DNA from: a virus
Taxonomy: Duplodnaviria; Caudoviricetes
Length of the DNA stretch: 41,076 nt
Reading direction: 5' to 3' (one strand)
Virus record (IMG/VR): IMGVR_UViG_3300049329_000004
Coordinates: 1-41,076 of that record
The translations under genes were made by a program, and so were the position numbers. Below the pieces are notes generated by a model. The model was not told the origin of the DNA and made no database searches. It was given only the letters and a program-made list of their open reading frames with translations. This document shows positions 34,829-41,076 of the stretch, piece after piece (the first letter of the stretch is position 1; the number at the start of each line of letters is the position of its first letter).

Positions 34829-34974
34829 AACTTAAAGTTTTGTATCTGGCTGCGCTTGCCGTGATATGCCACCTTATTGCGCACAAAGGTTTTACCGCCT
34901 TCGGCTGGCGCGAAATCTTTGTGGCATTGGCAGAATTTAAGTGGCTCGCTCATTAAATTTGAATTCAGCATCAC
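34771..34974 (-). CDS. Small zinc-finger protein
   Basis: KFCQC...WMCAAC. Confidence 0.6.
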   Translation of the reverse strand: MMLNSNLMSEPLKFCQCHKDFAPAEGGKTFVRNKVAYHGKRSQIQNFKLWMCAACIAKRERMKRKAA

Positions 34975-35140
34975 AATCTAAGATATGCCCAACCAAGCTG
35001 AGAAAGTTTTTTCTTGCTCCGCTATAGCGCTTATATCCTTCTCCAGAATCAGCAATAATTCGCCCGTTTCTAGCGACAAATCTCCAGCGCCACTCACCTT
35101 TTTTATCCACGTACATCTCAATCTTGGCGGTGCGTTTCAT
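34937..35140 (-). CDS. YegP/DUF1508-family protein
   Basis: Y.DKKGEWRWR..A.NG.IIADSGEGY. Confidence 0.88.
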   Translation of the reverse strand: MKRTAKIEMYVDKKGEWRWRFVARNGRIIADSGEGYKRYSGARKNFLSLVGHILDCDAEFKFNERAT

Positions 35141-35376
35141 TAGAACAATCTCTGTTGTCCAGCTCTTTCTAGGTCAATTGGGCTAGATCTAACTAATTCT
35201 ATTTCCTCGCCATAAGCACAACACTCATTAGCTTCCTGTACATCGAGATAAACTTCATCGCATTCAGCGCACACATAAACAGTATTTACTTCACGTGGGC
35301 AGCATTCCTGAGCTTCCCATTCGTCGTCATGAATGTCATAACAAGAAGTACATTCATATTTAGTTTCTGGCTTCAT
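35140..35376 (-). CDS. Cys-rich zinc-finger protein
   Basis: Two C..C...A.ECC repeats; C-terminal LE.AGQ.RLF. Confidence 0.75.
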   Translation of the reverse strand: MKPETKYECTSCYDIHDDEWEAQECCPREVNTVYVCAECDEVYLDVQEANECCAYGEEIELVRSSPIDLERAGQQRLF

Positions 35377-35569
35377 GATTGGCCACCTTCCTCTTCTGAT
35401 CCCATTCCTTTCTTACTACCGCTCGAAGCTTGTCGGTATGGTCTTTCCCTCTCGCGTCCTCGACGTGCTGCAAATACAGCTGCCTTTCGGCGAGTGATGG
35501 TAATTTGCACACGTAGCGGGCTTCGCAAATTAGCCGCCATTCTTCGCTCCATGTAAAACCGCGTTCAAT
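35360..35569 (-). CDS. Conserved-looking phage protein lacking a standard start codon
   Basis: Open frame TWSEEWRLICEARYVCKLP...RQLYL..VE..RG.....LR..V..EW; only ATT (35569) or CTG (35584) upstream. Confidence 0.5.
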   Translation of the reverse strand: MERGFTWSEEWRLICEARYVCKLPSLAERQLYLQHVEDARGKDHTDKLRAVVRKEWDQKRKVANHEARN

Positions 35570-36539
35570 GGTGTTGTTCCACAGGGTGTTTTAGCCTGTC
35601 AAAAATCCGTGCTCTCAATTGCGAGCAGCTTTCCTCGGTAAGTCGGGATAACCCAAGTTCTTTAGCTTTTTTCTCAATGCCATCGTCTGAATGCCACCAC
35701 ATCGTTTCACGCGTAGGTGATTGATAAATTTCAGGTTTTTTTCCACCATTTCCACCATTGCCGTTATTTCCAAGTTTTGCCCAATTCTCACGGACAGCGC
35801 ACATGAAAAATTCATCCCAATCGATTTTTTGATAGCCGTTAGCTTTGACCTTCGAGAGGAAAGCTTCCAGGTGTTCCTCAAGGCGGATATGCCCCTTTTC
35901 CTCTGCCCAACGCCTGACACGATCCGAGATTCCGAAGTCTTCTGGCAGCGGGGTTTTTAGGGGTTTTGGTTTTCCAACCCTTCGAGTGCGAATGCCGACG
36001 CCGTTAGGCGGAGGGGAATTGTTCGTCGGAGCCGTGGTAAACGTCGGAATTTCCATGTTAGTGGACACTAACGTGTCTACACTCCCGCTAGGGAGTGTAT
36101 GAATCAGTGAATCAGGAATCAGTAAATCAGGGGGATTTCCACCGTCTTCGTTTCGTGAGTTCACCGTTATTTCACAGTTAATCACAGGAGCTCTTACAGA
36201 ACAACTACTTACAGAATCATAAGCGGGAAGGGTAGAGGGTTTTTCAGTATGGTGCGGTGACTGATGTTTTTTGAAATTCTGCACTTGTATGACTGCTATT
36301 CCGTTACTCACGTACCTTTTAACGAACCCTAACCGTTCAAGCACGGTTAATTCACCGTTAATATCACAATCGTAATAAGGAAATATTTCTGCCTTGATTT
36401 TTCGAGGCTTATCTTCTAGTCGACCTTCTTTATCTGCAAGGCACCACAAACCAGCAAATAGCAATTGTGACAATGGTCCAGCATCAGCCAGCTCATAGTT
36501 CTTAAAGAATCCTGGCTTAATATTCCTAGCACGAGCCAT
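35565..36539 (-). CDS. Replication initiator protein (lambda O-like)
   Basis: MARARNIKPGFF.N..L...LLF.GLW.LAD.EGRL N-terminus, NF.KHQ, internal iterons. Confidence 0.88.
   Translation of the reverse strand: MARARNIKPGFFKNYELADAGPLSQLLFAGLWCLADKEGRLEDKPRKIKAEIFPYYDCDINGELTVLERLGFVKRYVSNGIAVIQVQNFKKHQSPHHTEKPSTLPAYDSVSSCSVRAPVINCEITVNSRNEDGGNPPDLLIPDSLIHTLPSGSVDTLVSTNMEIPTFTTAPTNNSPPPNGVGIRTRRVGKPKPLKTPLPEDFGISDRVRRWAEEKGHIRLEEHLEAFLSKVKANGYQKIDWDEFFMCAVRENWAKLGNNGNGGNGGKKPEIYQSPTRETMWWHSDDGIEKKAKELGLSRLTEESCSQLRARIFDRLKHPVEQHH
36101..36361. repeat. Putative replication origin: iterons in the initiator gene
   Basis: TTCACCGTTA 36160 and 36351, TTCACAGTTA 36171, GCACGGTTAA 36341; four AATCAG copies in 36101-36130. 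Confidence 0.65.
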
Positions 36540-36568
36540 TTTTTATCCCTGACTGATTAGTTAAAAAT

Positions 36569-36826
36569 CTACCAAACCTCTAGACCTTTTTTGGAAAACA
36601 CTTTAAGCGCTCTCCACTCATCTACCGTAAGGTGTACCACCTCGGTTTCTTTTTCGTAAACAACCAGCCCCAGCACCTCGAATAACGCATCTAACTCCTC
36701 GATTCTTAAAGAAGTTTGGCTGGATAGCATCTTGCTTACCGTGCTGGCTTCTTTGTTCAGAGCCCGGGCAATGGTTTCCTGCTTAACCTGCTTGGATCGC
36801 TCAATAATTAGCTGTTCTATACTCAT
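36569..36826 (-). CDS. cII: CII-like transcriptional activator
   Basis: Q..IA.AL....STVSK HTH and L..LGL; between cro and initiator; start ATG 36826 or TTG 36853. Confidence 0.7.
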   Translation of the reverse strand: MSIEQLIIERSKQVKQETIARALNKEASTVSKMLSSQTSLRIEELDALFEVLGLVVYEKETEVVHLTVDEWRALKVFSKKGLEVW

Positions 36827-36857
36827 AAATTCTCTCTGTTCAACAGTTTTCAATTGG

Positions 36858-36892
36858 CTTCACTTAACTTCAGCCCAAAGGCTTGTTATGCT
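36858..36892 (+). promoter_or_regulatory. pRE-like CII-activated promoter
   Basis: TTCA-N6-TTCA direct repeat followed 14 nt later by TATGCT with a TG extension, pointing towards cI. Confidence 0.5.
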
Positions 36893-36902
36893 GCATTTGA
36901 GT

Positions 36903-36937
36903 AAAAAATAAGCGCAGCCCCTGTGAAAGCCGCGCTT
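36903..36937 (-). terminator. tR1-like terminator upstream of cII
   Basis: AAGCGCGGCTTT-CACA-GGGGCTGCGCTT-ATTTTTT on the - strand. Confidence 0.7.
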
Positions 36938-36974
36938 TAAAAACTGCCCCAAATGGGCAGCGAGGAGGCAGGTT

Positions 36975-37211
36975 ATGTCAAAGGAAGAATTAGAAGCTCG
37001 CATTAGCGCTCTAGAACATTTTGTCGTAGTTCGTGACGCCCGACAGTTTCTGGAATATCCGCACCCGTATGAAGCAATGAAATTAGAGAATGATCAGGTG
37101 CGGCAGATAGTAAGTAAGCTGGGGCATCAGGAGCTGGAGGACGCGTTGCAGGCGCTGCTTGCCGCCGGCGAGACTTTATTGCAAACCATGCCAAAAGAAG
37201 AGGGATACTAA
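36975..37211 (+). CDS. Hypothetical protein antisense to the cro-cII transcript
   Basis: GAGGAGG RBS; LEARISALE N-terminus. Confidence 0.65.
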   Translation: MSKEELEARISALEHFVVVRDARQFLEYPHPYEAMKLENDQVRQIVSKLGHQELEDALQALLAAGETLLQTMPKEEGY

Positions 37212-37540
37212 AAGAGCACTTATTGCTTTTTGGGGCCATAGAAATCACTTTAAGTTAGTAACAAACAATATATCTTTGTTACTTTAAGCGTAATTAGCTT
37301 AAGCAGCTAACCAACTGTTTAACTTATTGATTTGTATGGCTTATTCGTATAATAGGTATTATGAATTTGCTTGCTTTAGCCATACAAACTATGTACATTT
37401 GGAAAACCACTTCCCTGCTCTTTTTGATGATCAGTACCCCGCTAAAGAAGAGGGCGCAGATCAGGATATCTAGTAGGGAAGGGGGGTTAAATTTGCGATA
37501 TTTAGTCCCTATTAGTCAATTTACCAATACGCGCATTGAT

Positions 37541-37789
37541 TTAGGCCGCTTCCCGTGGATACAGATCCGGTCGCATATCGTATCGGGTTAATTGACGGTT
37601 AGTGATGCGTTCAATGGGAATGACCACTTGAGCAGGGATTACCTTATCTCGATTAAGCCAATTCCAGACATGCTGACTAGTATATGGGTGTTTTGTTAGT
37701 TCAGACAGACGCCGAGCTAGTTCGGCCTGACTGCCCACTATGTGGATAACGTCAGGCAGAAATGAATTGATTTTAGGAACGTTGCGCAT
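37541..37789 (-). CDS. cro: Cro-like repressor (YdaS/Cro family)
   Basis: GSQAELARRL...Q.VW.W...IP......IE..T.......RPDLY; divergent from cI. Confidence 0.88.
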   Translation of the reverse strand: MRNVPKINSFLPDVIHIVGSQAELARRLSELTKHPYTSQHVWNWLNRDKVIPAQVVIPIERITNRQLTRYDMRPDLYPREAA

Positions 37790-37794
37790 TGCTC

Positions 37795-37833
37795 TTTATA
37801 CCAACAATAGTGTATTTATGTCAACACTAGTTA
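37795..37833 (-). promoter_or_regulatory. PR promoter and OR operators
   Basis: TTGACA-18 nt-TATAAA on the - strand; operators CAACAATAGTGT 37802-37813 and CAACACTAGTTA 37822-37833. Confidence 0.75.
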
Positions 37834-37846
37834 ACGGAATTGTCAC

Positions 37847-38260
37847 ATGGCCTTAGGCAAAAGATTGAAAGAAGCCAGAGAATATCGAGAAAAAACGCGC
37901 GGTTGGCTAGCAAAACAGGTCAAAACAGCACCTGGTAAAACGCTAAGTCAAACAGCAGTTAAAAATCTTGAGGATCGAGATAGCCCAACGTCTCGCTATT
38001 CTGCTCAGTTTGCCGAAGCTTTAAGAATAAACGTGGAATGGCTAACTACCGGAAGAGGTTCGATGATAGGTGGAGACAATAGCAATATTGACCCAAAAGT
38101 TTTGGAAGTGGCTAAGAATTTAACCTTGCTGCCAGAAGATCAGTTTGAAGGAATAATGGCTCTTGTTAAAAATGCATTGAAGGGCATCAAAAGAACGACC
38201 TTAGAATCCGCAAAACACCGCCGTTTGAACGATAACAACCATTTGAGATTAGCGCATTAA
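37847..38260 (+). CDS. cI: CI-like XRE-HTH repressor without S24 peptidase domain
   Basis: LGKRLKEARE...LA......SQ.AV..LE.......A.AL.INVEWL.TGRG; only 137 aa. Confidence 0.85.
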   Translation: MALGKRLKEAREYREKTRGWLAKQVKTAPGKTLSQTAVKNLEDRDSPTSRYSAQFAEALRINVEWLTTGRGSMIGGDNSNIDPKVLEVAKNLTLLPEDQFEGIMALVKNALKGIKRTTLESAKHRRLNDNNHLRLAH

Positions 38261-38275
38261 CTCAGGAGGGATATC

Positions 38276-38548
38276 ATGAGTAAATTACTATATGTTTTAT
38301 TGGCTTCAATCAGCATAAGCGCATTTGCTGATCAATTTGTACAAGGCTATTTACGTAAAGACGGTGTGTACGTTGCGCCACACTTTAGGTCATCGCCTAA
38401 CAATACAACCTTAGATAACTATTCTACACATGGCAATATAAATCCACATACTGGACAAACAGGATATGTAGCACCAAATTACCAAGCTCCGTTTACAAAT
38501 AGAGAAAGTGGGTACGACCCTAGGTTAAATAGTGGTTTTGCGCGCTAA
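38276..38548 (+). CDS. Exported protein co-transcribed with cI
   Basis: Signal peptide (AFA-D), V.GY.RKDG.YVAPH.RSSPN...DNYST.GNINP.TG motif. Confidence 0.8.
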   Translation: MSKLLYVLLASISISAFADQFVQGYLRKDGVYVAPHFRSSPNNTTLDNYSTHGNINPHTGQTGYVAPNYQAPFTNRESGYDPRLNSGFAR

Positions 38549-38583
38549 TTAAGCTAATTCAGTATGTATTGCTTTTAGCCTTT

Positions 38584-38673
38584 TTAATCTCGATTATTTT
38601 TATGGATCTCATACATAACAATAACAAAGCCAGCCGTCATTATTCCTAATGCTAAAATGGGTGCCCAAGTCAT
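38584..38673 (-). CDS. 29-aa single-TM peptide (not in ORF track)
   Basis: GGAGG RBS and TAATG coupling; MTWAPILALGIMTAGFVIVMYEIHKNNRD. Confidence 0.5.
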   Translation of the reverse strand: MTWAPILALGIMTAGFVIVMYEIHKNNRD

Positions 38674-38900
38674 TATAGTTCCTCCAATTGGTTAATGCGC
38701 TGAATAGCAGACTGATTAATAAATATTATAGCTAGAGTAAAGATCACTACACCAGCAATGGCCGTCCCAATGTTTTCACGAGGCGCCGTATCAAAGTTCT
38801 GGGAAATCCATCCCACTAAAGAAATATTAACTGCCGCAGCAATTCCAAAGGCGATTTTTAGCCAGCCAAGCTGTTCTTTAATTTTGTCTAGCTTCGACAT
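38673..38900 (-). CDS. Two-TM membrane protein in the immunity region
   Basis: MSKLDKIKE.LG.LK..FG; two hydrophobic segments; own extended -10. Confidence 0.75.
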   Translation of the reverse strand: MSKLDKIKEQLGWLKIAFGIAAAVNISLVGWISQNFDTAPRENIGTAIAGVVIFTLAIIFINQSAIQRINQLEEL

Positions 38901-38979
38901 TAAAATAGTGTAGCACGTTCCTCACCAAGCAATCCTCCGTAACATCCCCACACCAATACCAGCAGCCCCACCCATTTAG

Positions 38980-39056
38980 CAACACTATTTCAATATACAA
39001 GTTTTACGTCGTATAATAAACAATAGTTGACAAAGGTCAACAAATGTTGATATTAT
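38980..39056 (+). promoter_or_regulatory. PL promoter and OL operators
   Basis: TTGACA 39027-39032, 18 nt, TATTAT 39051-39056; operators at 38980-38991, 39018-39029 and CAACAAATGTTG 39038-39049. Confidence 0.8.
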
Positions 39057-39293
39057 TCACCCATACGCTAAATCAGCGTCGTAACACAGCCGCGAAGCCG
39101 CAGAGCCCAAAAGCCACAGGCAGACGTTAGTCCCACAAACGGACAGGCTGAATTAGCCGGATTTGAAACGGCAAGAATATAGGAAATAAGGCAGGCGGGG
39201 CTCACTTCCCGGTCATTGCTCCCAGCCCAAGGGGAGTTTGCCTAAATGGCTTGGGCAAGAATTTTTGCATATAACAATTTAACCAGAGGGCCT

Positions 39294-39551
39294 ATGAACC
39301 GAGCTTACGCAAATGCAATGGCGGACGACTTAGAGGTCCGTTTATATGAAGCTAAAGACCGCGCTATCGAGCGCCACACTAACCTATTACGTAGTTTGCC
39401 CATGAACGAAAAAGTCATTAAAGACGAGCTAAGCAAAATCCATGAGGACAGCGATTTAGCTTGCCGATTGAAGCTGCAAATAATTTCACTACGCACTGGC
39501 GCCCCAGTGGTTATTGAAAATTACCCAGGGCTAGTCAAGCCACAAGCATAA
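39294..39551 (+). CDS. First early-left gene, hypothetical
   Basis: AGAGGG RBS before ATG 39294; no Arg-rich motif of N proteins. Confidence 0.65.
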   Translation: MNRAYANAMADDLEVRLYEAKDRAIERHTNLLRSLPMNEKVIKDELSKIHEDSDLACRLKLQIISLRTGAPVVIENYPGLVKPQA

Positions 39552-39560
39552 GAGGCCAAT

Positions 39561-39752
39561 ATGAACCTAGCTGAGATGGTGAAAACGTTAATTGAGCTTG
39601 AAGGCGAATTAGAAACCCGCCAGGCCAAAATAGACGAGCTTCAAAAAAAGGAAAAAGAAGAGGTGCACCTGTTTTATGCCAAGTTCGGCATTCACCAAGC
39701 TTATAAGCATTTGCAATTAATCGAAAACGGCAATCTTAAACTCGTTAAATAG
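39561..39752 (+). CDS. Hypothetical coiled-coil protein
   Basis: GAGG RBS. Confidence 0.65.
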   Translation: MNLAEMVKTLIELEGELETRQAKIDELQKKEKEEVHLFYAKFGIHQAYKHLQLIENGNLKLVK

Positions 39753-39760
39753 GAGAAGTC

Positions 39761-39967
39761 ATGGACTATCACTTAGACGGTTACAAGCTGCAAGCACATG
39801 TCGACTATTACCAGGAAGAACGCAAAAAGTTTATAGAAACAGGTGAGCCGGTTAGGCCTAAACAGAAAGCAAAAATACTTGATCCCAACTTTGAATACCG
39901 CAATAGCGCTATGAGAATTGACTGGGAACGTTACAAAGAAATGATTAAACAAGAAAAAGCCGCGTGA
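39761..39967 (+). CDS. Hypothetical protein
   Basis: AGGAG RBS; ILDPNF.Y.NSA motif. Confidence 0.65.
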   Translation: MDYHLDGYKLQAHVDYYQEERKKFIETGEPVRPKQKAKILDPNFEYRNSAMRIDWERYKEMIKQEKAA

Positions 39968-40128
39968 TGATTGATCTTTACATTTTGTTGTTTACCGTAA
40001 TTGCCATCGCTATTTGTTTAATTGTTGGGCTGGTTATAGATGTCGTTCGGGTCTACGGCGCCATAAAGCGCCGGGAGCAAGAAACTAAGCCCTCTATTTT
40101 GTATGACATGGTTCGGTGGGAGGAATAA
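39967..40128 (+). CDS. Single-TM protein (53 aa, not in ORF track)
   Basis: MIDLYILLFTVIAIAICLIVGLVIDVV...; coupled at both ends. Confidence 0.6.
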   Translation: MIDLYILLFTVIAIAICLIVGLVIDVVRVYGAIKRREQETKPSILYDMVRWEE

Positions 40129-40421
40129 TGGATATGTTCGAAATGAAGTGGGAAGAAATCAAGCGTGATCCCGATCTATTGCATGACTTCTTGCTGCGAC
40201 AATTTATGAATCGTGGTGACTTTGCCAAGCTGGTCTACGGCTTTGAATGGGATGCACAAGGGCTAGTGTTAGGCGAGATTCTGCAAACCGCTGTAATCGA
40301 TCCTACAGAAGCTGGAGTTATTGCTAAGCGCTATGCCAATGAGATTGCCTATCATGCCGCTGCTCACTTTGTTGAGCATGGCGAAAGCGGCCACACCAAG
40401 TATTTAAACCCGTATTTATAA
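40128..40421 (+). CDS. Hypothetical protein
   Basis: GGAGG RBS before ATG 40128. Confidence 0.65.
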   Translation: MDMFEMKWEEIKRDPDLLHDFLLRQFMNRGDFAKLVYGFEWDAQGLVLGEILQTAVIDPTEAGVIAKRYANEIAYHAAAHFVEHGESGHTKYLNPYL

Positions 40422-40431
40422 GGAGATATTA

Positions 40432-40617
40432 ATGACTATCTTTGAAGCCCTACAAACCGCAGAAAGTAACCTTAAAAACTTTGGCGCTACCGCTAAGATT
40501 TTAGGCGCAGGCCAGCTACATATTGCCGTGATGTTATTAGAAAACGGCTACGGATTGGACGATCCGTTTGATCCATCTATTTTGGAAAACACTAGGACAC
40601 TACGACTTGCCGCATGA
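40432..40617 (+). CDS. Hypothetical protein
   Basis: AAGGAG RBS. Confidence 0.65.
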   Translation: MTIFEALQTAESNLKNFGATAKILGAGQLHIAVMLLENGYGLDDPFDPSILENTRTLRLAA

Positions 40618-40665
40618 GTCACGGTCAATGGTATGCGCAAGTTGGACAACGGCAGGAGATAGAAG

Positions 40666-41076
40666 ATGCAGAGCACGGAATCGATCAAGGCGTTAGCGAG
40701 CGCGCTAACGAAGGCGCAGGCGCAGATAGAGAAAGCAGAGAAAGACAAAACGAACCCGCATTTTCGTTCGAAGTATGCGGATCTGGGGAACGTAGTCGAT
40801 GCGATCAAACCGGCGATAGAGCAATTTGGTTTGAGTTTCATCCAAGTTTGCCATGATTGCGAGAATGCGGCCAAAGTGGAAACCGTCATTCTTCATGAAA
40901 GCGGCGAATGGTTATCTTGCGGCGCTGTATCTGTACCAGTTAGTAAACAGGATGCGCAGGGTTATGGGTCCGCTCTCACTTACGCTCGCAGATATTCTTT
41001 ATCTGCTGCGTTTGGTGTTGCGCCAGAAGACGATGATGGAAATAAAGCGGCTAAGAATCCACCAAAGAAAGCAGAA
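40666..41076 (+). CDS. erf: ERF-family single-strand annealing protein (runs off the window end; not in ORF track)
   Basis: AL.KAQ......KD..NPHF.SKYADL..V..AI.P, HESGEW, QGYGSALTYARRYSL.A..G.A.EDDDG. Confidence 0.93.
   Translation, partial: MQSTESIKALASALTKAQAQIEKAEKDKTNPHFRSKYADLGNVVDAIKPAIEQFGLSFIQVCHDCENAAKVETVILHESGEWLSCGAVSVPVSKQDAQGYGSALTYARRYSLSAAFGVAPEDDDGNKAAKNPPKKAE

Larger units (their letters stand above)
1..41076. mobile_element. Near-complete temperate tailed phage genome (lambdoid regulation, P22-like podovirus virion), circularly permuted
   Basis: Immunity, replication, recombination, packaging, head, tail, ejection and lysis modules in lambdoid order; no host genes; ERF gene split across the two ends. 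Confidence 0.95.

Noticed and set aside
37003-37591. ORFs 37003-37248 (-) and 37361-37591 (+)
   Set aside because: No RBS or recognisable motifs; they overlap better-supported features
40614-40856. 80-aa ORF in the track
   Set aside because: Mostly overlaps the clear ERF gene in another frame; its ATGA-coupled start could be used but a full protein is unsupported
1-41076. tRNA, CRISPR array, reverse transcriptase/DGR, transposase, integrase, ParA
   Set aside because: No supporting motifs or repeat arrays seen by eye; HMM and tRNAscan searches are needed to exclude them formally

Overview
The window is an essentially complete, circularly permuted genome of about 41 kb from a temperate, lambdoid-organised tailed phage with a P22-like short-tail virion module. 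The host is probably a Gamma- or Betaproteobacterium (inferred). The + strand carries the early-left operon (PL near 39.0 kb, small ORFs, an ERF gene that wraps across the window ends, YqaJ exonuclease, SSB-like protein, Lar-like gene) ending near 4.1 kb. The - strand carries cro, cII-like, O-like initiator, nin-like genes and Q, then pR' and the late operon: terS, terL, a lectin/fibre module, portal, scaffold, capsid, methyltransferase plus GT9 glycosyltransferase, gp4/gp10-like tail, a 2OG-Fe(II) hydroxylase plus cupin, ejection proteins, tailspike, lysis genes and an iron permease. I recognise no integrase, N antiterminator, helicase loader or ParA. Main points of interest: (1) a XerC/XerD dif-like site at 3930-3957 where attP/int normally lie, flanked by palindromes and a plasmid-type gene; (2) protein-modifying enzymes translationally coupled into the virion operon, plus an iron permease; (3) a second copy of the late-promoter motif just after cro in a phage lacking N; (4) several apparently leaderless genes and a conserved-looking ORF with no standard start codon. 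All product calls come from motif recognition by eye; no database search was run.
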